64,000 bases of DNA, taken from contig CM075978.1 in assembly GCA_038087875.1 (NCBI GenBank), forward strand, positions 60,016,001 through 60,080,000, given 5' to 3'. Made by a program: the position numbers and the translations under genes. This stretch comes from Malacoraja senta. Its lineage: Eukaryota. Position 1 is the first letter of the stretch; each line of letters starts with the position of its first letter. This document shows, one piece after another, positions 48,836-61,189 of the stretch. Under the pieces are notes generated by a model, which was given only the letters and a program-made list of their open reading frames with translations, did not search any database and was not told the DNA's origin.

Positions 48836-49162
48836 TGTATTAATGCATTAAAACGTAAATAAATGGGCCGAGAAGTTTGTAGATAATACAAAAAATTTCC
48901 ATGTGGTTGACAGCGAGGATGCAGCAAGATATTAATTGACTACTCAGTTGAGCAGAAAAACTCCAAATGACGTTCAATCTCAAGATGTGAGGGAGAGATG
49001 CAATAAAAGTAGAGTATACTGAAAGCTGTGGAGCAACAGAGTACCCTAAGAGTGTATTGACAACAAATACCGAATTTCCCGGCCATGAAGACGCACCCCC
49101 AATTTAAATTGCTAAATTTGAAAAAAAGGATGGCGGGACAGGATCAAGAGTTTGGTTTAGTC

Positions 49163-50164
49163 CAGGGGTCGGTGCCCCGGGACTGGCTGCAGTTCCCAGA
49201 TCCCTCGCGTCACTGGGACTGGCTGCAGTTCCGAAGTCGCCTGTCCCAGGACTGGCTGTAGCGCCCAGGTCGCCTGCGAGCCCCGGGACGAGCTGCAGTT
49301 CACAGGTCGCCTGCCCCGGGACTGGCTGTAGCGCTCAGGTCATCTGCCCCGGGAGACAGAGAGAGACAGAGACAGAGACAGAGGGAGAGAGACAGAGAGA
49401 GAGAGAGGGAGACAGAGACAGAATGAGACGAGACAGATACAGAGAGAGGGAGACGGAGACAGAGGGAGACGGACAGAGACAGACGGAGACAAACAGAGGT
49501 AGACGGAGACAGACGGAGAGGCAGAGAGAGAGAGAGAGTGGGAGAGAGAGAGAGGGGGATAGAGAGACAGAGGGGGTAGGGGGAGGGGGAGAGGGGGGTA
49601 GAGAGAGAGGGGGAGTGAGAGAGAGGGGGATAGAGAGAGAGGGGGATAGAGGGAGAGAGGGGGATGGGAAGAGAGGGGGATGGGAAGAGATGGAAAGAGG
49701 GGGATGGGGAGAGAGGGAGATATGGAGAGAAGGAGAGGGAGAGGGAGCGCCCAGGACGGAGCAGCCAGCCTTCCGCCCAGTAGTTACCTGCCATGCACCA
49801 CCTCCACCGGTTGCGCCTGTGGCAGAAGGCGCTGACGTGGCGGTCGGTTCCGCTGTCCGGTCCCGGCATCCGCTTGCAGCCACCCAGGTCGGCTGTGTGC
49901 CCCACGAATGGCTGGAGTTTCCAGGTCGGCTCGCTTGCCCCAGGTCTGGCTGCAGTTCCCTGGTCGGCTGCGTGCCATGGAACTGGCTGTAGTGCCCAGG
50001 TCGGCTCGCTTGCCCCAGGTCTGGCTATGACACCCAGGTCGGCTGCGTGCCCCGGGACTGGCTGCAGTTCCCAGGTCGCGAAAACTAATTGAAAAAAAAT
50101 ATGCCTGCGGGCCGGATGAGTTCGGGTTACGGGCTGGATCCGGGCCATAGGTTGCCGACCCCTG
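49163..50164. mobile_element. hAT (Charlie-like) non-autonomous element nested in the above
   Basis: Termini CAGGGGTCGG...CCGACCCCTG with degenerate 8-bp flanks (GTTTAGTC / TGTTAGGC). Carries a GC-rich minisatellite and a GA-rich tract. Confidence 0.6.
49353..49745. repeat. GA-rich microsatellite / polypurine tract
   Basis: (GA)n, (GAGACA)n and G-rich runs. Confidence 0.95.
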
Positions 50165-51407
50165 TGTTAGGCCTCATTGTGTCTCCCCCCCATGTTTTGA
50201 AAGCAATTTGGTCCAAGTCTATCTTTTGTGGCTAACAAGCTAACCTTCGGCCTCCAAAACGCAGGTAAATTTTCGGGCTTTATTTTAGGGTAAAAAATAG
50301 CATCTTCATTTCCGGGAAATACGGTCATTTAATATTATGACAAAATATTGCACGGTTGCACTCACTAATGATCATGAAATATAATTATCAAGCAAGTAAA
50401 GAAAAATACGATGATCATGTATTTTTACAGAGGTGCCGGCCCGGCATCAACTCGTCCTGACTCTCCCGCAGCTCTGGGCCCGCACACACACACACACACA
50501 TACTCCCACACACTCACTTCTGCACACACATACTACCACCATTGACCCTCGTCTCTCCACCGGCCACCAGCGAGCCGGAGCAGTCACCTCACCAGAGTTC
50601 CAGGCACCAGGCCCACAACCTCCACGATGCAGGCAGCATGTGGTCTGACCCTGCTGGGTCCTAGTGCTCCTCCCCTCCATCCTACCGGGAACGTCGTTAG
50701 CAAACATATCTAACAATGTTTCCCAACATTTAATAAAAATACGCATTATACACGATGAAAAAACACCACATTACGCTGCATGAATTGATACTTTTATCAT
50801 AAAGTGAATTTTCAATGACTTTTAAGGACCTACGATAAATCCAGACTTTCAAGGCCTTGTAAAACAGTTTCAAATTCCAGGACTTTCAAGGACTGTACGA
50901 GCCCTGGAAAAAGTTGTCCCTTAGGTTCATATTAAATCTTTCCCCTCTCACCTAAAAACATATGTGCTCGTGTTTTTCCTTTCTATTCCCCTTATGTTCA
51001 TACATCTCTATAAGATCACCCCTCAACATCCTGCCCATCTAAGGAATAAAGTTCGAGCCTGCCCAACCTCTCGAGCTCAGCCCCTCAATTCCTGACAACA
51101 TCCTTGTAAATCTTATCTGCACTCTTTCCAACACTACCACTGTTGCAGTTCAGAAAGAGGCACCTGACCTGCTGCAGTACTAGAGCTATCCAGGCAGCTG
51201 CTCGGTTTTCCTCACATCACCCTTTGCAACTTTTGACAACATTTTGAATCTGTACTCTGGTGCTTGTACCATCTACCAATGGGAACAGTGTCTCGATATG
51301 AACATTTACATCAATACGCCCATATACAGATTTAACAGATGAAATCTGCAACGACACACATTATGTTAAACAGATTATATTTCAAATTTATAAAAAATTC
51401 ACAATAC

Positions 51408-51523
51408 TTTGATTTGCTTGTAAGACGAGAGGCAGAAGCAATAAGACGAGCAATGTTGATTTTCTCAGAGAGTTCCTCCACAGTCTCGATGTCCACTGCC
51501 TCTTCACTGGAGGTTGAGTCGAA
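51408..51523 (-). CDS. MGA: MGA coding exon
   Basis: ttttcacag|TTC...TCAAA|gtattg. Encodes FDSTSSEEAVDIETVEELSEKINIARLIASASR, resembling the vertebrate MGA VDIETVEELSEEIN segment (recalled). Phase 0 to 2. Confidence 0.9.
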
Positions 51524-52079
51524 CTGTGAAAACATTAAGGTTAGTAAAGCACAATACTGACTCTTCACGCACTATCCAAAACACCACATTTTGAAGAACA
51601 GCCTCAGCTCCATACATGCTTTATAGAAATGGAGAATAAGCATGAAATCCATGACATGTCATCTTCCATTTGTCACTAAAATAGACTGCCTTGAAATTGG
51701 ATTTTTAACCTTTTCTGACAAGCTGAACCATTTTTGTATTTTGTACTTCCCTGCAAGAACTGGAGAAATTGGTCCAAAAAATACTTGATGTGGCATTGGC
51801 GATTTTCATCTAGAAAGAGCACAGTTCACAAATCATCTGGTAATTTACTGCAAACTCATTTCAGAAAGGGATTAGTCCTTAAAGGCAGGGACAGCTGTAA
51901 TAAAGTTAATGACTGCAATGGATGAGAGGGAATCTAGAGGGGAGAGGGATATTTTGAGAGAATGACTTGGGTATTCTCCAATAGAAACAAATGCCAAGAA
52001 GTACAGTGTGAAAGAGGGGAGGGGAGATTGGTGCTGGTAACAAGTAGGGCCAACATGTTAAAAGGCTGTTCCACCTCCT

Positions 52080-52752
52080 ACGCAAAAAAGTGATCAAGGA
52101 ACAGTGGAGCCCACAACGATCCATTGTTGGCTGTAGACTAGGTGATGACGAGTTATAGACAATGAAACTCAACAGAACGATGACTAGGGTGGGAGAGGGA
52201 CAGAGAGAAAAGGGATGCAAGAATTACTTGAAGTTAGAGAGATCAATATTAATACTGCTGGGTTGTCAGCTGCCCAAGCGAAATATGAGGTGCTGTTCCT
52301 CCAATTTGCATTTGGCCTCACTATGACAATGGAGGAAGCCCAGGACAGAAAGGTCAGTGTAGAAATGGGAAGGGGAGTTAAAGTGTCCAGCAACTGGGAG
52401 ATCACATAGGGCAGGATGACTGAACGGAGGTGTTTAGCGAAACGATCGCCCAGTCTACGTTAGCTCTCACCAATGTATTAGAGGCTACACGTGGAACAAT
52501 GGATACAGCAGATGAGGTTGGAGGAGGTGCAAGTAAACCTCTGCCTAACCTGAAAGGACTGTCGGGGTCCCTGGACAGAATCGAGGGAGGAGGTAGAGGG
52601 ACAGGGAAGATTGCTGAACACGTTATCTCTCGTTTCCCTTTTCCGTGACACTCAGTCTGAAGAAGAGTCTTGACCTGAAACGTCACCTATTCTTTTTCTC
52701 CAGAGATGCTGCCTGACTCACTGAGTTACTCCAGCATTTTGTGTCTATCTTA
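52080..52752 (-). mobile_element. Penelope-like fragment plus inverted terminal repeat
   Basis: GIY-YIG C-terminal remnant at 52220-52605. Hammerhead-like CTGAAGAAGAGTCTTGACCTGAAACGTC on the + strand at ~52657-52684. Confidence 0.75.
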
Positions 52753-53186
52753 AATATGCTGGGGTTTAGAATCAGGTGGAAGCCTTATTAAAAAGATTGC
52801 TTCCAATCAGAAGAACCTGGAAGGAATATGCAGGATTCAAAACACGAAGCTGCAGGTAGAGTACAAATGGTTATTTCTATTAGCATATACACTTTTCATT
52901 AATCACACATATTAACTGTGATTAGTTGATAAGATGAGTTATATACCACGTTTTCCTTATCATTTTGCCACCCTGACAGTTCTGGGTTAAAGAGGTAATC
53001 AAATATTTCTAAATCAAATGGATCTACACTTTGCCATGAAAAAGAAATAAAATTAGCGAGGATGAAGCTCATAAGGTAATCCCTATATTATTTGGTGAAA
53101 TTACAATACTACTCAAAAACACAACCTATCCTACACTGTCAAACAACAAGCTGATCATTACAATGCCGACAAGTGAAACTACTCAC

Positions 53187-54277
53187 CATTCTCTCAACGT
53201 CAATTTTCTCTGCATCACTTTGACTGTCACCATCCTCCAGATCACTCTGAGAGTCAGTATCTTTATCAGAGTCCATAAAGTTTTCATATCGCAGTAATCT
53301 TTGATGAAAGTCTAGTTCCACATTCTCTGGATTTTTTAGTATATCATCTTCCCTTTTAAGTGGAACATTAAATGTACTTGCTTCAAACCAACATTTGTTA
53401 TCTTCCATCTCTACTTCCATCTGTTCATCTTGCAACCAATTTGTTTCCTCCATACCAGGAATTTCCCCTGGTTCCTTATCAACCACTTCATGGTTAGATC
53501 TGGAAGAATCTTTATCAACAGCACTTCTTTTTCCAGTTCTTGTGGAATTCTCCAGTGCAGAATTTTCATTTTCTTCTTCCACAATCTGTTTTTCACTGGT
53601 GTATGAATGGTCAACTAATTCTGCTGGAGTAGGGTGTTCAAATGCATTTTGATGGTCCATAGAATCATCTTCCAACTCATCGTCGACCTCACGGACTGAA
53701 GGCGTGGAAGGAAATGCATCAGTCGCCTGTTTAACTTCTGGCAATGGATCAGTATTTACATGGTCCTCATCTGGTACACCCTGAGACACCGTTGTCTCAA
53801 TAAGCTCAGAATCGGCAACATGAATCTCTTCTAGCCCAGGTTCAATCAACTTTTCTTCTGATTTGTTATTCTGGTTGGCAGTCTTCTCAGAGCCTGCGCA
53901 TTCAAATGACTGATTTGCAAGCTTCAATGACTGTCCAGTAGTTATGAAGGCATTTGACACTCCTGGAGGCAGCTGCAGTAGAGCAAATCCCACTGCCTGA
54001 AGGGGAACAAGATGCCTTGCACTGATAGTTTGACCAACACCATTAACAGCTACAAACTTAGCCTGTGAAGTCGTTTTAACAGGTACCTCTGACACTACTG
54101 CAGAAATAGGTTTAGAGGTTTGCTTCAAAGCAACGCAGGCTGGTTTTACAACAGGGGTTGAACGTGGCCTTCCTCTTTGTGGTATTATCCCTTTAGGACA
54201 TAGAATGACATTGCTGGGAGATGAAGCCACTGAACAAGATTTTATTGGGGCAGGCAGACGATTTCCACTCCCTGAGC
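53187..54277 (-). CDS. MGA: MGA coding exon (first one visible in window; low-complexity/acidic region)
   Basis: Acceptor ttcttag|GC at 54277 and donor ATG|gtgagt at 53187. Open frame (ORF 53139..54230) ends ...DAEKIDVERM in phase 0, compatible with the next exon. Confidence 0.8.
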
Positions 54278-54814
54278 CTAAGAATATGAAAATAAAAAAA
54301 GAAGAAATGTTAGATAAAACAAACTGAGATTATAAAAAATAGAAATCAGTTAGAAGTTTGTGCAGTCCAGTTCCATATTATGATAGGTGCAATTATCTTC
54401 TTGTGTGGAATTGTCTGGGTTGACTTCCACTTCTGTATATTTATCTTCACCAATCTGTGCTGCATGTCCAGAAGTTTAAAAGTGAGAGCAGAAATTATGA
54501 TTAGGTGAAAGGGATAGCAGTGGAAACTCAAGAGCGAGGGTGGCTTTTTGGAGCAGGAATTATATTAGTTGATGAGAAGAGATTACTTTTGGCTGCTTAC
54601 GTTGTCAATTATTTAAATTAAAAGCTATGAAAATACGACATTCAATTAATTGTTGTAAAATACAAAAAAATGAAGCAATTAATGCCTTAATTCCGACAAA
54701 AAATGTGTTTAGCAGAGGATGGCAAAGGAAGTGGTTCACAGCAGCCCAATTCCAAGCAACTATATACACAGTAAGTTGGTGTCTCTCAATAAACCTGATT
54801 AAACATCTCTTCCT

Positions 54815-57800
54815 GATGCCCTGAACACTTTTTATGCTCGCTTGGAGGCTTCCAACACCTCCCCCAGCTGTAGGTTCACTCCCACCAGGTGAGCTGCCTC
54901 TCAGGGCGACTGCTGAGGATGTGAGGAGGTCCCTGATGAGAGTCAACCCCCGCAAAGCAGCAGACCCGGATAACATCCTGGGACGGGTTCTGAGAGACTG
55001 CGCTCACGAACTCACCGGGGTACTGACTGACATCTATAACACCTCCCTCTCCCAAGCTGTGGTGCCGACATGTCTCAAGACAACCACCATCATCCCTGTG
55101 CCAAAAAAGTCAGTGGTGTCAGGCTTGAGTGATTACCGTCTTACCCCGATAATTACAAAATGCCTCGAAAGGCTGGTTATGGTCCACATAAAAGACAGCA
55201 TTAACATCAATGTGGACCCTCATCAGTACGCCTCCAGGAAGAACCGGTCTACATATGATGCAATCTCATCCGTCATTCATTCAGCCCTCACTCATCTGGA
55301 GAACAGGAGTTCATATGTCAGATTGCTCTTCTTGGACTTTAGTTCTGCCTTCAATACCATCATTCCGCAGACTTTTGTCAACAAACTGCTGCTGCTTGGA
55401 CTTAAACCATCCATGTGCAACTGGGTACTAGACTTCCTGATCAACAGGCCATAGTCTGTTAAAATCTAGTGTCTCATCCCCCCCCCCCCCCCCCACCCCC
55501 ACCCCATTACCCTCAACACCGGCTCCTCACAGGGATGTGTCCTGAGCCCCTTGCTGTACACTCTTTTCACTTATGACTGTTCAGCCGAACACCCAAACAG
55601 TCATATTGTGAAATTTGCAGATGACATGGCCGTGGTGGGACTAATCTCCCACAATGACGAGTCGGGCTACAGAGAGGAGGTGGGAGATCTTGTGAGGAAA
55701 TATTATATAAATAGAACCGCTCGGATAGTGACTTTTATATAAGCTAGGGAATTTGCAACAGAAAGGCTTCGGGTTTTCCTAACGAAATAAAGTACGGGGA
55801 GACACATACACACAGGGAAAGATGAATCAAAGCATGGAGGCCTGAACCTGAACCTGCTTAGCTTAGTTTATTGCTTTGAGGCAATTGTATCGCTGGAGGA
55901 AATTGTATTTGGTATGATTGTGTTGGAGAATGGATAGCTGAATTGGGGCCTCTTCTTATGCCAGAGGTCAACTCTTTTCTCTATGGTACATTCTTAGGCT
56001 ATGAGGTTTGTGCTGAGTTTGAGATATAATTCAAGGCTGAGAGATAATAGACTGTAGTTAGCCTTGGCTATGTAAAATTATAATGAGATTGTGTTAAGGA
56101 ATGGGATGTGTGTGAAGAGGAGTAGTTGCTTGGAGAAGAAGATAATTAGATTGATGGAGTTGTTTATAGGAAGTCGAAGAAGCAGATGTAATTCTGATGT
56201 CATGGTCTGAGTTGTACCTTGTAAGAACCTTGTGTTCTGCCTGGTACATGAGATTGGAAATCTAGCTTCCAGATAGCAGGAAAGGGGCTCCAAATTAGAA
56301 TTCTGTATCCTGGCACCAAACACTTATTAAGTAAGTTGACAGATTTACGACCCATGTATGCTTGGTTGGGATGTGTATGGGTTTTGAACTTAGAAACTGT
56401 AATTCAGCAAACTTATATAATTAATGTTTTAAATACATATGTAATAGTGAAATTGTAGTAAAACAAATTATGAAATGTATTGTCTTAGTAGGAATGTAAA
56501 CATTAGACTCATAGAAATTGTTTAGATTTATAGAAATATCTTTCTTCTTGGTATGGGAAGTGTGTATAACTTGTGTGATCATTGTATTATATATGTATCT
56601 TATATTTTGAGGAGTGGTCTTTGATAATTGGGCCTACTGGAGTTTTGCTGTGTTGAAATAAAATAAGCAAAGTTATAGCACAGGCAAACGAAGGTTGTAA
56701 TGAGGCCAGGGAAGGGGGATCATGTGACTGGTGTTGTAAATCACCAGAAGGACTCAGATGATTGGTTACTAGCTTGTCATACCCTCTGTATCTGAAATGT
56801 CTAATACCTATATAAATGCCATGAGTTTCTATCAAAGTTACTCCTGTCTGGACCCGCCCCAGAGCATCAGCTCTATGTTGGAAGGTTCATAGACCAGTCT
56901 CAGCTGAATAAAGAATTGATTTCAAGAGCAACAAGTGTTTGAGTCAAGTTGACTTTAGATTGACAAAAGAACTCAGTTTAACACTTGAAGTCTGGTGTAA
57001 AGCAAACAACCTCTACATCAATGTGGGGAAGACAAAGGAGGCGATTGTGGACTTCAGAAAAGGCGGCTTCACCCCCCTCCCCTCTACATCGGAGGAGAAG
57101 CTGTGGAGATGGTGTCCAGTTTTAAATATCTGGGGATGCACATTTCTGACGACCTCACCTGGACATGCAACACGGCTAGCATCATTAAAAAAGCCCACCC
57201 ACGCCTTTACTTCTTGAGGAAGCTGAAGCGTGCCAGCCTCAGCACCCTAGTCCTGACATCTTTTTACAGGTGTGGTGGAGAGCGTCCTCACATCGTGTAT
57301 CAGTGTGGTACGGAAACTGCTCTGCTGCTGAAAGGAAGGCGTTGCAGAGGGTGGTCAAATCTGCCCACCCAAAAAAACAAATAACTGCCTCCCTGCCATT
57401 GAGGACATTTACATCAGCAGGTGCAAGAGCAGAGCCTCAAACATCATGAAGGACCCCACCCACCCGGCAAATGGACTCTTTGCCTCCCTCCCCTCAGGGA
57501 GAAGGCTGCGCAGCATAAAGGCCAGGACAACAAGGCTTAAAGCCAGCTTCTTTCCCAAGGCCGTGAGACTTTTAAACTCCCTACCTCACTGACTGAACTT
57601 TCACTACCTCAGTGAACTGTCTGCTGTTACTGCTGCTGCTATGGACATTATTATGCTGCTGTCTTTTAACCATGCTGCTTTTTTACTTTTGACTATTTAT
57701 TCATGGGCTCATTATTATTTAGATTTTATTGTGGAAGGTTTTTATAGAGGTTAGAATTTATTGATTTCTTTACTGCACTTTATTGATGTCATACTGCACT

Positions 57801-57900
57801 ATTACGTTGCTCGGACCCGAGTACAAATTTCTTTCATGATTCATGTGGAAGCATGTTTTTATCAAATGACAATAAATAAATAAATAAATAAATGAAATGA
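54815..57900 (+). mobile_element. Rex1/Babar LINE, decayed, split by an LTR
   Basis: [34 protein letters not shown]. The frame EEVGDL|EVWC resumes after the LTR. (AATA)n tail at ~57871-57892. Confidence 0.88.
55693..56983 (+). mobile_element. Solo LTR, 1291 bp (ERV-like)
   Basis: TG...CA termini, exact 4-bp TSD CTTG, ATTGG at ~56761, TATAAA at 56811-56816, AATAAA at 56907-56912. Interrupts the Rex1 reading frame cleanly. Confidence 0.85.
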
Positions 57901-57984
57901 AGCATCGCTGAACTGTTAATCATGAAGAGAAAGATAATCTGGACACCATAAACTAGGAGTGAGCAAATGTTCCTCTGAGAATGG

Positions 57985-58660
57985 AATACAACATAGCAAA
58001 GTTAAAGCTAATTTGCAGGTTGAGTCAAGTGGTAAGGAATGCAAAAGCAATGCTAGCATTCATATTGAAGGGACTAAAAAATGAAAGCAAGGAGGTAATG
58101 CTGAAGCTTTATCAGGCTCTGGTGATGCCACATTTGGAATATTATGAGAAGTTTTAGGACCCACATCTGAGGAAATGTTGAATTTGGAGAAGGTCCAGAG
58201 GCCATTTACGAGAATTATCCTGGGGATGATTTGGTTAACATATGAGGAAAGTTTGAAGGCTCTGTGCCAATACTCACTGGAGTTTAGAAGGATGAGGGCC
58301 GATTTCATCACAACCAATGAAAGGCCCAGATAGAGTGAATGTGGACAGGATGATTCCAGTAATGGGAAAGTGCAGGACAAGAGGGAACAGCCCAAGAATA
58401 ATGGGACGCACCTTTAAAATGGAAATGAGGAGAAATTTCTTCCGCCAAAGGGTGATGAATCTGTGTAATTCATTGCCACTGACGGCTGTGGAGGCCAAGA
58501 CACTGGGTATTTTTAAGGTAGAGATTGATAGGTTCTTGATTAGGAAGGGTGTCAAAGGTTATGGGAGAAAGGATCAGAATGGGGTTGAGAGGGCAAAATG
58601 ATTGAATGGCAGAATAGACTCGATGGGCTGAATGGCCTAATTCTGCTCCTATGTCTTATA
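57985..58660 (+). mobile_element. Old CR1 3' fragment
   Basis: Degenerate ORF2 C-terminus (TRGNSPRI...FFRQRVMNL) and tail. Confidence 0.8.
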
Positions 58661-60055
58661 TTATAGACAATAGGTGCACGAGTAGGCCATTCGGCCCTTT
58701 GAGCCAGCACCGCCATTCAATGTGATCATGGCTGATCATCCCCAATCAGTACCCCGTTCCTGCCTTCTCCCCATATCCCTTGACTCCGCTATTTTTAAGA
58801 GCCCTATCTAGCTTTCTCTTGAAAGCATCCAGAGAACCTGCCTCCACTGCCCTCTGAGGCAGAGAATTCCACAGACTCACCACTCTCTGTGAGAAAAAAC
58901 GTTTCCTCGTCTCCGTTCTAAATGGCTTACTCCTTATTCTTAAACTGTGGCGCCTGGTTCTGGACTCCCCCAACATCGGGAACATGTTTCCTGCCTCTTG
59001 TGTGTCCAAGCCCTTAACAATCTTATATGTTTCAATGAGATCCTCTGTCATCCTTCTAAACTCCAGAGTGTACAAGCCCAGCTGCTCCATTCTCTCAGCA
59101 TATGACAGTCTCGCCATCTGGCGAATTTTTTTTTAACATTTATATCTCTCTGATTTTTCATCGATGGGAAAAATCCTCCAGTCCAGTCCGGCGGAGGGGG
59201 GCTCTGAGCGAGGTGGCCAAAAATGACGGCCGTAAGTGGCCGTAAGATATTACAAATAGTAAGATCTTGACCGCTTTTGACTCACTGCGATGTGATTTCC
59301 GAGAGAACGCCGCCACTTACGGCCGTCATTTTTGGCCACCTCGCTCAGAGCTGGACTGGACTGGAGGATTTTTCCCATCGATGAAAAATCAGAGAGATAT
59401 GAATGTTTTTAAAAATTTCGCCATTCACTCTGCTGCCCCCGCTGACGGCGGGGGGGCTGTAAAACCCGGAAGTGTCGTGGCTCATGGCTCTCTGAGCTGC
59501 GAATAACACTGAACGCACGTCTTCTCCACGGTGAGTCCCCGGGATGTGGTTTTCAGCAAATGTGTTTGTTGTTTGCAAAGTGTTTGCCCAATTAGGTTGG
59601 CTTTTTAAAGGGCTTTCAGCAAATGTGTTTTTGTCCAATTGGCTTGGCTTTTAAAGGGCTTGCTTGCAACAGTTTTCGGATGGATAAAGCGTGAATAAAC
59701 ATTTTATTAGATCAGGACTGTGTTTAATTTCAAAATTGGCGCTCATTCTGTGATTTTCGCTTAGTTGCAAGATGGCGCCGATGACGTCATTTCCGGTTAG
59801 CGGCATGCTGACGCTGAGTGCGTCATTTCCGGTTCGTGGGAAGAAGCGAGAGGGTGACGTCAAGACGGCGCCGAGTGCAGGCGCCGTTGAATCATTCAAG
59901 AGAGCTGACTGCTCTGTCTATGGTGAGTGTGTTTGTTGGATGTCATTTAAAGCACGTTTTTGTTTCAGCAGCAGCAGCCTCTACAGGAGGCTTTAAACAT
60001 GTTTTACACACTGTATATTCAACACGTTCTGAAGTTACTTGGCATTTTAGTATTG

Positions 60056-60189
60056 GGTGAGTGTGTGTGAGTGAATGAGTCTGTGTGTGTGTGAATGAGT
60101 CTGTGTATGTGTGTGTGTGTTTGTGAATGTGTGTGTGTATGTGAATGAGTCTGTGTGTGTGAATGAGTCTGTGTGTGTGTGTGTGAATG

Positions 60190-60235
<46 letters not shown>

Positions 60236-60249
60236 AGTGTGAATGAGTC
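60056..60249. repeat. (GT)n compound microsatellite
   Basis: (GT)n interspersed with GAATGAGTCT, running into the gap. Confidence 0.95.
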
Positions 60250-60391
60250 NNNNNNNNNNNNNNNNNNNNNNNNNNNNNNNNNNNNNNNNNNNNNNNNNNN
60301 NNNNNNNNNNNNNNNNNNNNNNNNNNNNNNNNNNNNNNNNNNNNNNNNNNNNNNNNNNNNNNNNNNNNNNNNNNNNNNNNNNNNNNNNNNN
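60250..60391. other. Assembly gap
   Basis: Run of N. Confidence 1.
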
Positions 60392-61189
60392 TGTGATCAA
60401 CAAATAACAAATAATACGAACTAGCACAACAGAAAGCCCCCGTCCCCCCCCCACTGGCCAGCAATATTGGAATTAGTGGAGAGGTGGAATATTGCGTTGG
60501 GTGACCAGCCCTCCCGTGTGATGCTGGGACCCAAAGGGTCCCACTTAGTCTAGTTAACCTTGCAAACCTACGCTGCATTCCCTCAATAGCAAGAATGTCC
60601 TTCCTCAAATTAGGGGACCAAAACTGCACACAATACTCCAGGTGTAGTCTCACTAGGGCTATGTACAACTGCAGAAGGACCTCTTTGCTCCTATATTCGA
60701 TTCCTCTTGTTATAAAGGCCAACATGCCATTGGCTTTCTTCACTGCCTGCTGTACCTGCATGCTTACTTTCATAGACTGATGTACAAGGACCCCCAGATC
60801 GCGTTGTACTTCCCCTTTTCCCAACTTGACGCCATTTAGATAGTACCAACTTGACGCCATTTAGATAGTATGGAAGTCATTTGTCAGTGCTTAGTGAGAG
60901 ATTCATTTTTCCCTTACGCCGTTCAGCATTCGACCGGAGAAATCCCATTGACCTCATTCTGTTTATTTTCCTCTAATCTATTCCCTCTCGTATGCTCACA
61001 AATTCCTCCCCGATTCTCCTACCACCCATCTGCACTAAGGGCAATTTCCAGTTATCAATTAACCAATTGTAGCCGCCATGGAGAGTAGCAAGAATTCTCG
61101 TGCCGTAGGTGGGTCGCCAGGAGGTCCCATTCGTAAAAGTTGTCTGCCTTCTTAAAAGTTGTCTCCATTCCTTCTCCCCCCCTCTGTTA

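Larger units (their letters stand above)
49070..50324. mobile_element. Mariner/Tc2-type non-autonomous element
   Basis: Imperfect 25-bp TIRs CCG(A/T)ATTTCCCGG..ATGAAGA(C/T)GC, with TA on the left flank. Confidence 0.7.
59245..60553 (+). mobile_element. Non-autonomous Helitron-like element (spans assembly gap)
   Basis: Perfect hairpin GGGACCC-AAA-GGGTCCC at 60526-60542, then CTAG|T at 60550-60554. The 5' boundary is approximate. Confidence 0.65.
58663..60870 (-). mobile_element. CR1 3' fragment split by a Helitron (pieces 58663-59117 and 60554-60870)
   Basis: ...EGMQRRFARL (ends ~60554) continues as MARLSYAERMEQLGLYTLEF... (59117-58746). Confidence 0.85.

Noticed and set aside
49175-49352. 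Repeat array superficially like CRISPR
   Set aside because: No unique spacers, eukaryotic context; it is a minisatellite.
49300-50148. Long ORFs (282, 182, 189 aa)
   Set aside because: Translations of the GA microsatellite and GC-rich minisatellite.
59943-60860. 305-aa ORF
   Set aside because: Artificial join of a CR1 fragment, Helitron end, N gap and CA repeat.
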